A stretch of 46,387 nt of DNA, counting the filler, from Jimgerdemannia flammicorona (lineage: Eukaryota), in NCBI GenBank assembly GCA_003990765.1. It is 2 parts of 2 records of this genome, joined end to end, with 100 filler letters (N's around TTAATTAATTAA, not from the genome) between each part and the next. Parts side by side here need not be neighbours in the genome. Positions count along the whole stretch, not along the records: positions 1 to 23,144 come from RBNJ01001150.1; 1 more part is not named here. One strand, 5' to 3'. Below are positions 1 to 11,400 of the stretch, one piece after another. The first letter of the stretch is position 1, and every line of letters starts with the position of its first letter. A program made the translations under genes and the position numbers. The notes under the pieces are model-generated. The model ran no database searches. It saw only the letters and a list, made by a program, of their open reading frames with translations, and had not been told where the DNA came from.

Positions 1-29
<29 letters not shown>
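1..29 (+). repeat. poly(A) run at window start, possibly the tail of an upstream LINE
   Basis: 29 A's; both LINE copies in the window end in poly(A). Confidence 0.5.
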
Positions 30-32
<3 letters not shown>

Positions 33-189
33 CTTTATAATGATATCACAAATATTAAAATTGGATTATATATTACTGAATTATAAAGGAAAATATCTGA
101 CTTGCCAATTTTGGAAATAATTTGACTTGCTGATTTTGGAAATTTCTTCAAAAGAATGTTTTCATTAATAGATCAGCAATGCATAATCT

Positions 190-262
190 GATTTTAATAT
201 TCTTGATATCATTAGAAAGGTCCTATTAAGGACTTTCAAATGATACTAAGATTATCAAAATT
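190..262. repeat. imperfect ~70-bp palindrome, with a third arm copy at ~30-62
   Basis: ATTTTAATATTCTTGATATCATTAGAAAGGTCCT ... AGGACTTTCAAATGATACTAAGATTATCAAAAT are near reverse complements; AATGATATCACAAATATTAAAAT at 39-61 resembles the right arm. Confidence 0.55.
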
Positions 263-469
263 GGATAATTATTTATCATGTTATTAATATAAACATTTAA
301 TTGTCTAATTTGGAAATCAAAACAATGGTTGATTCAAATTGATCTAAATGGAATTTAAATTCTATCTGAGTTGATCTAGATGATATTTAATCTAAATCTA
401 ATCTGAATATATCCAGATTAAATTGACTCATTCAGAGTACTAGTTTTTATTATAAACTATACAAAGTTT

Positions 470-1244
470 GTCTTTGGTCTCTTCAATTCAAATATCTTCC
501 CAATTATATGATAAATAATATTCTAGCTTAAGCCTGGAATTAAGTACTGATTTTCATTAAAAAATAAAACAAAATAAAATTTAAAATAAATTAGTAATAA
601 CTAATAAGTAAATTTTGAAATAGATTTATACTATTTATAACATCAAGCAAATTTTGAAATAGATTTATACTATCTCTAATATCAAGTAAATTTTGAAATA
701 TTTACTTACCAGTACCAATATAATAAATTAGAGTATTTGTCATTGAATAATATGTCTTCAACTTAGTAATAGCTATAGTTAGTATCAGATGAATAATATT
801 TAGCTCTTTTATATATTTTTGAATTTCTTGATCATTATCCTCCAATATATCTATTAGAAAGTTATAAATAGAAATAGTAGAATAAATCATTAGATATTTA
901 TAATGAGCTATAAGATCTGTTACTTATTTAAAGCACTTTAGTATACCAATAATATCTTTTAGTATTTGCCAAGTATAGTCTTCTATAGTATATTTTCACA
1001 AATATTTATCTGCTATAACTATTGAGATTAAAGACTATTAATAAATTAATTCATTAGATTATTTGAAGAAAAAACTAAAAAATAAAAAAATTAAATATAA
1101 TATAATCAACTTATCTCTGATAATTCTAAGACTCATTCAACTATCAAATATATTAAATTTCATTGAGTTTTAATATTCAAAATAAGTTCTTTTGAATTAC
1201 AGACTCTAAAAGCTTTATATTATATAATAAATCTCTCTTAATAT
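470..1244 (-). pseudogene. heavily decayed hAT-superfamily transposase fragment, probably continuing at 17433-17504 beyond the Gypsy insertion
   Basis: Minus-strand translation gives ELILNIKTQ*NLIYLIVE*VL (cf. hAT LxLDVxTRWNSTYxMLER), IYNFLIDILED, KLKTYYS and VLNSRLKLEYY (cf. LDPRxK); GT-AG introns; many stops. Confidence 0.7.
606..700. repeat. 39-bp tandem repeat x ~2.4 in a hAT intron
   Basis: AAGT/CAAATTTTGAAATAGATTTATACTAT... starts at 606, 645 and 684. Confidence 0.85.
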
Positions 1245-2489
1245 CATAATGTACCTGGCTTAATGGAGGCAAATTATAAGGTTGGAGGTTGATGTAGTTT
1301 GGCTTGAGCCCCCAGTTACTTTGTCAAAAAGCAACAAAATGTTCTAAGATTCCTGAGGTCCTTGGTATTTAGTGGTATAATAGTCAAAGCTGGATATCTG
1401 TGAGCAATTTCCTTATTGGGACTGTTCTCTAGATATAGCAGTGATTTGTATGAACAGATTTCCTTCTTGGGTCAACTGGGAATAGCAGAATTTTGTATAG
1501 TGAGGCAATTTCCAAAAGTATATGATTTCTGGCATGACAATCTCTTGTATAGTGTGACAATCTCCTTGTGCATGACGGTCTGGCAATTTAATAGTTTCCT
1601 TCTTTGGTGGTGGTGATCTCAAAAGTATGCAATTTCTGGGTGATGGCAGATAACTCAATTTGGGTGCGAGTTTACTGGGAATTATACTAGCGGCAGAGAA
1701 CTTGATAACTTGGGCTCATTGGGAATAATGAATAATTCAGAGGTCGTAGATTCTTTCTGAATTGGTGGGCTTCTGGGAATAATAACTCGGACAGCATGGA
1801 TCAGATTCTTCTGAGAATGCAGATAATCTGAAAATGGTGACTTCAACTGAGAATATAGCAGATAACTTGAAAATAATAGATGATGTGGATTCTTCTGAAT
1901 TGGCAGACTTCTTGAAAAAGGCAGCTTCAACTGGGAATAACTCAGATAGCATGAGTTCTTCTGGATCAGGCTCTTCTGGGAATATGAACAACTGGTGGCA
2001 TTTTTTTTGGAAAGGGTCTCTTGGCAAAGTTACATCAAAGACTGGCTTCATTTGCATGAGATTACATCGTAAACTGGCTCTACTGCGAAGTTGCGTCAGA
2101 AACTAGCTTGAGCAAGGCAGCTTTCTTGGGAAGGCAGAGGATAACTTGGAAACAGCAGCTTATTCCTTAAGCAGCAGATTACTCAAAAGGTAGCAAAGTT
2201 CTCCTTAAACTTAGATGGCAAATCTTCAGGCTTATCTGGCAAGTGAACCAAAAATGAACTCGTTCTTTGTATCAGAAAGTGGACTGAAGTGAAAAGGAGA
2301 AATAAGCTCACAATCTCCTAACAGTGGCTGTAGAGTTCCTCTTGAAGTGTGGTAGGCAGACTTGTCTTTTGCTTCAATTTTGGACTTTTCAGACTAAGGT
2401 TTATTCACTCTTATCTCTGGGGTAATTTATATAAGTTGGTTGCTATCTGGTTACTATGTGGCTAACTATAGATCTGCTACTTATGGCAG

Positions 2490-2561
2490 GTGTACAGAGT
2501 CTGTATGGTGTACAGGACCTGTATAGTGTACAGAGTCTATATGGTGTACAGAGTCTGTATA
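2490..2561. repeat. 18-bp tandem repeat x4 in the 3' LTR (single copy in the 5' LTR at 17260-17277)
   Basis: GTGTACAGAGTCTGTATR-like units at 2490, 2508, 2526 and 2544. Confidence 0.9.
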
Positions 2562-2642
2562 GGTAAACAGACCCTTTCTGGTATGTCTGGCTATTTATAC
2601 AGTTTTCCACAGTAATGGTTACTGATTACTATACTGTATATT

Positions 2643-2890
2643 ATGAGGGGGCTCGCTCGAGACCACAGGTCAATGAATGCAGGAAGGTCTTGGGCATATA
2701 GCACCCAAAATGTTTCAATGCCATTGTTTGTCTAAGGCATGTCTAAATCAGGCGTAGTCTTTCCTTTTTTGGTACTAGCGTGGTAGGCGCATTACTTCTA
2801 TATGTAATTCTACCATTCACCCAACATTACTTCATATGCGCTTTACACTTACGCTTTTGCGCTTCCGTACATTCGTACGCATTTCATTAC
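2643..2890 (+). repeat. Ngaro repeat A1 (248 bp; A2 at 7838-8085)
   Basis: ATGAGGGGGCTCGCTC...CATTTCATTAC present twice. Confidence 0.95.
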
Positions 2891-2896
2891 ATTACC

Positions 2897-4351
2897 ATGG
2901 TCCTCTCTGCAAATTCCTGCCTTTTGTGTCAATACGACCCTTCCCATATGTCGAAGGGCCAACATGACCTGGGCTCCGCCACCTGCCCTTTCTGCTTGGA
3001 CATTAATTTCATCGAGCGTGTGCTCCGTTTTCTGCAAGACGACCTGGAATCTGATAGCGAGAATCCCGATGTTGCTATCCTTATGGATTATCTTGCCACC
3101 CTCCCTGATCACTCTACTTCTGCACCCCGCCGAATCATGCGTCTATTGGCGCGTGCCACATCCAAGGCTCCCACTAGTGCTACGGCGGCCAGACCAGCTT
3201 TTTTCAACACACTGGCCTCTGATGTTTCCATCGAAGCCAGTGTTGCTCAGCTCCAAGAGCATGCACCCACGCAAGACTGTCGGTTCGATGAACTTTTTCA
3301 GCTCTTACGCTCTCGCCCCGACATCGTATCTTCAGCAGCACTGGCTAGTGCAGTTCCTGCCGTTTCTGGTCAGGACGCATCTCCCATCATCGATCAAGCC
3401 TTTATCGATCGTGCTACTGCTTCTCTTTCAGCAGTTCTCGCATCCCCATCCTCATCCCAGCCCTTACCGACTATCCCTTCGGTTCAGTCCACCGGCATTC
3501 ACGGCCCTGCCGGTAATCCCCAGGGTGAGTCTATCCCTATATGTACCTCCTTCTGTCGTCTCTGCCTATACTGTTGTCCGAGGCGTCAATCTCTCTTTAA
3601 AATACGCCCATGTTAATCAACGGCTGTTGGCCGCGGTCATTGACAATTCGTTCACCACTGTATCGCTTGGCCATTTCTTGGAGCGAAATGTCGTTTATAT
3701 CGGTGGTCTTCCTGATGCTCAATTCATCGAAACGTTTGACGAATCGGGTGCCCAGAACATTCTTCGAAAGCCGCCATCCCTTATCAAAGATCTTCTGGAC
3801 GTCTCTGCTTTCCTCACTGCCCTGCTTACATATTTCAGCATTCTTCATGACACGTACCCGGGCCTCACCAATCCTACTCCATTCTTTTCATATGCCGCGG
3901 ATTTATTTTACTATCAACGTCGTCATATTGGTCCACGCTTCTCGATTATCATATCTCCTTTCACACAAAACGACTGGTGGAGATCGCAAACGACAGTGTT
4001 TCTTTGGTATGGTGCGAGCACTGGGCCCGGCGCGACCCCGACCTCTTTATGATCCTTAGTCTACATCAATGTCCGCAAACTCTGACCTCTACATCTAATC
4101 CGCTTAAGCCCTTCAAGTCTCGCAACGTACAACGGGGGCTACGTCTTACTGATGGCTCCTCCACTCCATCTACTGAGAAAGCCTCTCAACGGTCTACTTG
4201 TCGGGCATACAATGGCGTTCTATTCGATAGATCACCCATGAAGGATCCTGGGTGCAATAGAAAAGGATGCCCTTATGTGCATTCTTGTTCTCGCTGCAAT
4301 AGTGATTATCTATGGTATCGATGCTCCCACAATCCATCATCTCGCCCCTAG
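2897..4351 (+). pseudogene. Ngaro gag-like ORF1 (frameshifted)
   Basis: N-terminal CLLC..H..H..CPFC; C-terminal CRAYN...CNRKGCPYVHSCSRC...C zinc motif typical of DIRS/Ngaro gag; spread over ORFs 2780-3616, 2964-4052 and 3977-4351. Confidence 0.75.
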
Positions 4352-4479
4352 GAACTCACCCCCGTTTATTCTTTACACATACCCCCAGCCACTCCAAATA
4401 CCCTACTCCGTCGCCCATTTACTGCCCCTCTCAACGAAGCTGCTCAAGACATTCTACATCGTTTTCCTCTTCCTTCTTC

Positions 4480-6014
4480 CACTCTTCGCCCTGTCGCGTG
4501 GGCGCATGAGCTCCAGTTGTATCCTGCCCCGCAGGTAGCTCAGGCTGCCATCGCCGCTATTACTCAAGGTGCTCTTCTCGGCTTTGATGGGCCTCGTTGG
4601 TGCCTGCTGTCCTATAATCATCGCTCCGCTCTCGACCACCCGGAAGCGATCACGTCTGACATTAAGTGGGAAGTCGCTGCCGGTAGAATTTGTGGCCTGT
4701 TCTCATCCCCTCCATTCGAATGCTTTCGCTCATCTCCTCTCGGCGCCGTCGCGAAGAAGAATTCTAATAGCACATAGTGTCATATTCACGACCTTTCTTG
4801 GCCCTGTCACGGCGATTCGGTGAATGCCGGCATAGATACCAATGCCTTCCAGCTCTCTTACATTAAGTTCGACGAGGCTTTGGACTTGGTTCGTCATTTT
4901 GGCCAGGGATGTCTTCTATCGAAGGTTGACCTTACCGATGCATATCATCATATTCTCATCCATCCTACGGATTGGGAGTTGCTGGGTTTTGAGTGGTCAG
5001 GGCATTTTTATTTCGATCGGTTCGCTCCTTTTGGCACATCCTCGTCACTATTTCTTTTCAACCTTTTCACAGAACTTCTCGCATGGATCGCCCACCGTCA
5101 TGACATATGCACGCTCATCCACTACGTCAACGATTTTCTCCTCGTTTCACCGCCGCTCTGGCCGTCTGCCCTCTCCGACCTACATTTACTTCTTGCCATC
5201 TGTCATCATCTCGGCTGGTCGATTCAAGAGCGCAAGGTCGAAGGCCCGACAACGTCACTCATCTTTCTGGGCATCGAATTGGATACAATGGCTATAGAAG
5301 CCCGCCTGCCTCTTGGCAAGCTTGACACGTTGCTTGCTACCCTTCAGCAGTAGCTATCGCGCACATTATGTACATGCCCTCAACTGCAGTCTCTTATTGA
5401 TTCCTTGGCATTTGCCTGTAAAATCATTTCGCCGGGCTGCCCATTCCTGCGGTGATTTATCGACCTTCTTTCCGGCAACGCCTCATTCCATATCTCACTG
5501 AATGAGGAATTCTATGCTGACATTCGTTGGTAGCTCGAATTCCTACCCCACTAGAATGGTATTTCCGTTATACATCCGGTAGTATGGTTCCACGAGCCTG
5601 ATACACAATTATGGACGGATGCCAGCAGGATCCAAGGCTTTGGTGCACATTTCAATAGCGAATGGTTTTCCGCTCCCTGGCCTCCCAATATAGCCTCGTG
5701 CGACATTCAGTTCAAGGAACTTTATGCCGTGGTCGCTGCCGCTGCTACCTGGGGTGCTCAATGGCGTTTTCACCATATATTGCTTCATTCTGATAATTAG
5801 GCAGTTGTTGCTATTATCAACTCGGGCTCTTCACGCAACCCTCTTCTGCTGGAACTTCTCCGCCAGCTCTATTTTCAGATGGTGCATCACGCTTTTCAAC
5901 TTCGTGCCATATTCATCTCGACATCCGATAACGGCATTGCTGATGCTTTATCTTGCGCTAATCTTCCTCGTTTCCGTCATCTTGCCCCTTACGCTCAGAC
6001 ACTCCCAACCATGA
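4480..6014 (+). pseudogene. Ngaro reverse transcriptase / RNase H
   Basis: SSPLGAVAKK, KVDLTDAY, PFGTSSS, HYVNDF (YxDD with D>N), FLGIELDT; RNase H WTDAS, KELYAVV, HSDN; internal stops. Confidence 0.93.
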
Positions 6015-7033
6015 TTGGTATCATTTGCATTCCACACTTCCACCTGTCATTGCCTTCTTTTTGTGGTTCGGACTGGCAAAATCAATGCGCCACTCATACT
6101 CTTTGGGACAATGCAGCTTTCTTCAATTCTGCAATCTCCACGGCGGGTAATCATGCCTCTGGCGGGCCTTTGCCTGCATCCGAACTGGTGCTAATGCGGT
6201 GGGTCTGTAGCTTGGCCTTGCGATGGCTTCAACCATCTACAATCAAACATTACCTCTCAGCCGTTCGTTCTCTACACATCGACTCTGGTTTTGCCAATCT
6301 GTTCATTGGTCTTTACCAACTTCCCCGAGTGATGCGTGGCGTGAAGCGGTGGCTAGGCATATGCCCAACTCGACCTCGGCTTCCTATTATGCTTGGTATT
6401 CTTCACAGTCTTATCAGTTTGCTTTGGCTATCTGATTATGATGATCTGCATCTTGTGACCGTGATGTCACTTGCATACATCGGCTTTCTTCGCTCCGGCG
6501 AATTTACGTGGGATGGGTCTTTCGATCCCATTTCCCAGCTGTCCCATGGCTCTGTGGTTTTTCAACCTAGCATTGCCGACCCCACCCATATTACGCTCAC
6601 CCTGCCGGCCTCTAAAACAGACCTGTTTCACCAGGGTGCAACACTTTTTATTGCCAAAATGGATCCCGCTGCGCTATGCATTGTATCCTTACTTCACCTT
6701 CTTTACCTGGCGCACCCAGCCCCACCTGACACCCCTCTGTTCCGGCATTCTGCAAATCGATCGTTCTCTTGGGCCTATCTCATTAGTCATCTTCGCATGT
6801 TACTTCCACAGATTGGTCTGAATCTGCTTCTTTACGCCAGGCATAGTTTTCGGATTGGTGCAACATCTGATGCCGCTGCGGCCGGTTTATCCAATTACGA
6901 GATTCAGATGTTGGGTTGGTGGGAGAGCGTGGCATTTAAAGGCTATATTCACATACCTATTTCTCACATTCTCCACCTTTGGGCTTCGTTAACTCATAAT
7001 ACTTATTCTGTTACTCATATTACTTGCAGTTAA
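5990..7033 (+). pseudogene. Ngaro tyrosine recombinase
   Basis: TIKHYLSAVRSLH, GFLRSGEF, SKTD, HSFRIGAT, MLGWWES..FKGY (catalytic R..H-x-x-R..W..Y); 5' boundary approximate; several Arg>Trp/Cys decay changes. Confidence 0.92.
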
Positions 7034-7059
7034 TGATTTCCCGTTCCTTTTTTTCTACT

Positions 7060-7423
7060 GCGTAGCCCGCGACACCAGCTTATTCTGGGTCCCACATGGC
7101 ACGTGACACTAGCCTTTACCTCTCCTCATCGGCCTTACATCACCGCGTGGCTCGCGATACCAGCCTTTAATCCACCCATCTCAGCCTCTTGCCACTATGT
7201 AGTTCGCGATACCAACCTTTTCCGACATTGCACGGCTCGCGACACCAGCCCTCCTTCTTTTCGTTATCACGCAGCTCGCAATACCAGCCTACTCGGACCC
7301 CCGTGCAACTCGCGACACCGGTTCTATCCCTTGATCGCTGGACTCGTTAAATCAGCTTCTTGGCTGTCGCACGATTCACGACACCTGCCCTCGGTTTTAA
7401 CCGCGTGGCTCGCGACACCAGCC
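7060..7423 (+). repeat. array of nine ~21-bp direct repeats with unique spacers in the Ngaro 3' non-coding region
   Basis: Consensus ~GCGYGGCTCGCGACACCAGCC starting at about 7060, 7094, 7145, 7197, 7230, 7269, 7303, 7369 and 7403. Confidence 0.85.
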
Positions 7424-7603
7424 ATATCATCGACATTGGGCGTGGCCTTTCTATTAAGCCTTCGGCGCCTTTCTATCATCTACTCCACTCACATTTCCAC
7501 ATCCATAACCCCCTTTTTACTTCATTTGGGCTGAGTTCTTTCTTTTGGCGCTGCCAACTCACACTGCTACACATCATCATCCCGCACATTTTACATATAA
7601 AAT

Positions 7604-7837
7604 TTGGGCCGGTCTTTTATACTGTGTATTTCCACCCAAATACAGAATAATCGATCATTTATTTGAGGTTTCTTTTCTAGGATTTCAGGGTGATGCATGG
7701 TCATTTCGGTGACACGGGGTTATTGGTGTTTTATCACGAAGATTGACATCACGTGAGCATAGCATAGTTGACATTATGCAAAACGTAGTATAGTTATGCC
7801 TCCCTAGCGTAGATCGACATTATGGCAAAAACATTGA
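7604..7837 (+). repeat. Ngaro repeat B1 (234 bp)
   Basis: TTGGGCC...AAAAACATTGA; matches 8120-8353. Confidence 0.95.
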
Positions 7838-8085
7838 ATGAGGGGGCTCGCTCAAGACCACAGGTCAATGAATGCAGGAAGGTCTTAGGCGTATAGTGCC
7901 CAAAATGTTTCAACGCTATTGTTTGTCTAAGGCATGTCTAAATCAGGCGTAGTCTTTCCTTTTTTGGTACTAGCACGGTAGGTGCATTACTTCTATATGT
8001 AATTCTACCATTCACCCAACATTACTTCATACGTGCTTTATACTTACGCTTTTGTGCTTCCGTACATTCGTACGCATTTCATTAC
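7838..8085 (+). repeat. Ngaro repeat A2
   Basis: Copy of 2643-2890 directly abutting B1. Confidence 0.95.
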
Positions 8086-8119
8086 CACCCACCTCACCCT
8101 ACATATATATACATAGTGG

Positions 8120-8353
8120 TTGGGCCAGTCTTTTATACCGTGTGTTTCCACCCAAATACAGAATAATCGATCATTTATTTGAGGTTTCTTTCCTAGGATT
8201 TCGGAGTGATGCATGGTCATTTCGGTGACACAGGGTTATTGGTGTTTTATCACAAAGATTGACATCACGTGAGTGTAGCATAGTTGACATTATGCAAAAC
8301 ATAGTATAGTTACACCTCCCTAGCGTAGATCGACATTACAGCAAAAACATTGA
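8120..8353 (+). repeat. Ngaro repeat B2 (element 3' end)
   Basis: Copy of 7604-7837. Confidence 0.95.
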
Positions 8354-8426
8354 CACGTCATCTTGTCTAATTGTTCGTGTCATCTGGTTAAGATATAATT
8401 CAAGTGGTATGTTTTGGTTTGTCACA

Positions 8427-8440
8427 TCAGCCCCCACTGA
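8427..8440 (-). promoter_or_regulatory. polypurine tract of the Gypsy element
   Basis: Minus strand AGTGGGGGCTGA immediately precedes the 3' LTR start TGTGACA. Confidence 0.7.
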
Positions 8441-8989
8441 AGGGTAGTCTGTCCCAGACTATTCTTCAGTCATCATCCCAATAAGCATAGGCTGCTTCTG
8501 CATCTATATCTGTTCCATCATCTTCATTGTCTGTACTGGGGTCACTCCATTCTATGGGCTCTTCTTCTTCTTCAGAGAATAGGATTTCGACAGAGTTGAT
8601 GATGCTCAAATAGGTAACAGGGTTCATTCCTTGAATATCATTCAGAGAGAATTGTACCTGTGTTAGGACTGTAACATTTCGTTTATAAATGGTGTATAGT
8701 CTGTCTGTGACAGTAGTGTCTCTCTGGTCAGACCTGTGGTATTCCTGATGTAGGTCTGTTCTGGAGCTGGGAGGTTCTGCAATTGTTCACTGATTGTATA
8801 ATAGGTCTGCAGTTGGTGGACTTATAGTAGGTGTCTGGCCAAGATAAGATTTTTCTGATGAACTTGGATCCTTTGAAGGGGGCTTCCATTGGCTTGACCA
8901 AATTGGGGTAGAGGGACTGGTAGGGCTTGGAAGGAGCTGAGGACCAATGTCTGGAGGTACTGATCAATTCTTTGGCTCATAGTGTAGAG

Positions 8990-9960
8990 GGGAAATATAG
9001 TTTAAGGTGATTGATGTATACTGGTATTCTCAGGGTTCATCCATCCATGCTTCTTAAATAGATACTGGTTTCTCTGATGTTGTGTACAAAATAAGGTCCT
9101 TCCCATTTCAGTTCTAGTTTGGTGGCAAAGTTTGTCTCAATCATTCTTCTCCAAACTAGAACTTGATCTCCAATCTTGATCTCCTGATCCTTCTGTTTCT
9201 GGTTATAGTACTTCTTTTGTCTTTCCTGGGCCTTGATAATCTGGATTTGGGCTTCATTTTGCAGCTGATCTCTCTTTTCAAGAAGCTTTCCAAGGTTCTC
9301 ATGGTCAGCAGTTCTGGTCTTCTTGGCAAACATCATTTCGAAGGGCTTTTGTTTGGTTGATGCAGCAGGGGTATTTTGGATTTCCCATAGAATCTCAGGT
9401 AAGCAGAGGTCTCAATTAGTAGGATTGACTTGGGCAAGTCCTTTCTTGATGGTCTGGTTCATTCTCTCTGTCATGCCATTGGTCTGAGGGTGGTATGATG
9501 TGGTCCTTTTGAGGTGGATCTTATGAATTTGGGCATAACTTGTGATTATATTATTGATGAATTCCATGCCTCGGTCAGAGATGAGTTCTTCTGATGGTCC
9601 ATATCTGAGTGTGAGTCCATGGAGGAGGCCTACAATAGTTAAGGCATCTGTGATTTCCATTGAGAAAGCTTCAGGCCACTTGGTCAGATGTTCCACAAAT
9701 ACAAGGATGTATTTGTTTCTTCTTGGTATAACTGGTAGGGGTCCAATTACATCTACTTCCCATCATTGAAAGATGTGAGTGGGTGGGGGAATCGGTTGTA
9801 GAGAGGCTTGATAGTTCTTCTTTCCTTGGTACTTCTGATAGATGTCACATTTCTGAATAATGTCCCAGACTTGAGTTCTGAGGTGGGGCCAATGTTGATA
9901 TTGTTTTCGAATCTTGTCTTCTATGCTTATCTGTCCTTGATGGGCTTTCTGATGTTCTTG
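8990..9960 (-). pseudogene. Gypsy integrase
   Basis: HQKAHQG..CDI zinc-finger remnant, DVIGPLP, ISDRGMEF, TTSYHPQTNGMTERMN, and GPY/F module WEGPYFV. Confidence 0.95.
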
Positions 9961-10040
9961 TCAGATGAGGTCTTCTTGTTCCTTGATAGTCTCAGGAGCT
10001 TCCTTTAGGGTGTAGTTCCTTGGGACACTCTTTTTCTGGT

Positions 10041-11400
10041 TTATTGAGGGTGGTGGGAAAGTATATCAATATTGTTGTGAGCTTTCCCTGCTTTGTGAAT
10101 GATGGTGATTTTGTAATCCTGAAGGATAAGGATCCAGCAGGCTAGGATTCCAGTGGGTTCCTTGTGGTTGAATAGCCATTTGAGGGCTGCATGGTCTGTA
10201 ATCAGGGTGAACCTTTTTCCGATGAGGTAATGCTTGAACAGAGTGACTGCCCATATGACTGCAAGACATTCCAGTTTGGTGCTACCATAGTTCATCTGCT
10301 GCTGATTGGTAGCTCTGCTTGCATAAGCTATCATATGGTGCTATTGGTCAGGTCCTTCTTAGACTAGAACTGCTCCCAGGCCATCTTTGGAAGCATCTGT
10401 ATATAAGATGAATGGCTTCTGTAGATTGGGGCACACAAGGATTGGTGCTGTAGTCATGTGGTTCTTAAGTTCTCTGAAGACTTTTTTCTGTGATTCTGTC
10501 CATTTGAATGGTATTCCTTTCTTGAGAAGGATTCAGATTGGGGTAGCAATTTGGGCAAAATCCTTGATAAATCTTCTGTAGTAGGATACTAGCATCAAGA
10601 ATAATAGTGTTTCTTTTGGAGTCTTGGGTACTGGCCAATTGTTGATCTTCTCAGTTTTCTTTGGATCTGCATGAGTTCCTTCTTTTGAAACCATGAATCC
10701 CAGGAATTCAAGTTTCTGTTTCCCAAAGTAGCATTTCTTTACATTCAATCTCAAGTGATTCTTGTGGGTGAGCTTGAAGAATTCCTCTAGGTGGTGTAGG
10801 TATTCCTTGAAATTCGCTGAATAAATGTTGGAATCATCCATGTATACAATTAGGCAATGATAGATCAAGGGGGCATAGACTGAATTCATCATCCTCTGAA
10901 AGGTGGGGGGTACATTGCAGAGTCCAAAGGGCATTCAGAGATATTTAAACAGTTTTTCTAGAGCAAGGAAGGCTGTCTTTTGAATGTCTTTGGGGTCCAT
11001 AGGGATCTCATGGAATCCTGTGAAGAGGTCCATACTGCTGAAATATCTGGCATCTTGTAACTGGTCCAAAAGGTCATCGATTCTGGGCAGAGGATAGGCA
11101 TCCTTTTTGGTGACTGAATTGAGTTTCCTGTAATCTACACAAAGTCTCCATCCTCCTTTCTTTGGTACAATAAGTATAGGGCTAGCCCAGGGGCTAGTAG
11201 AGGGTCAGATGACTCCATTGTCTAAGAGTTCTTGAATGTGCTCTTTTTTGAATGTTTTCAAGTAATGGGGTATTCTATAGAGTTTTTGCTAGATGGGTGT
11301 TGCACTTCCTGTATTTATGCTGTGGTGATATGATGGGTTGTATGGCAAATTGCCATAATCAGTAGTGAAGATATCTTGATATTTGTTGAGAAGTTCTACT
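10041..11400 (-). pseudogene. Gypsy reverse transcriptase and RNase H
   Basis: SPWASP, CVDYRKLN, YPLPRIDD, MPFGLCN, YMDD, FLGF; RNase H LYTDAS, KLECLAV, TDHAAL. Confidence 0.96.

Larger units (their letters stand above)
2643..8353 (+). mobile_element. Ngaro-type (DIRS order) tyrosine-recombinase retrotransposon, structurally complete with decayed ORFs
   Basis: Split direct repeats A1-[gag,RT/RH,YR]-B1-A2-B2; no TSD; removing it restores the LTR sequence (…CTGTATRTT|CACRTCATC…). Confidence 0.95.
1245..8426 (-). repeat. 3' LTR (1245-2642 + 8354-8426), split by the Ngaro insertion
   Basis: Aligns by eye with 16019-17432 on both sides of the insert; ends ...TTTGTCACA. Confidence 0.93.

Noticed and set aside
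2643..2890. Hammerhead ribozyme in the Ngaro terminal repeats
   Set aside because: No CTGATGA...GAAA core with flanking helices seen in A or B.
7060..7423. True CRISPR array
   Set aside because: No cas genes, irregular short spacers, degenerate repeats, and located inside a eukaryotic retroelement; kept only as a repeat-spacer array.
8440..8990. env-like or chromodomain ORF after the Gypsy integrase
   Set aside because: Only short broken frames; no signal peptide, TM or chromodomain motif recognisable.
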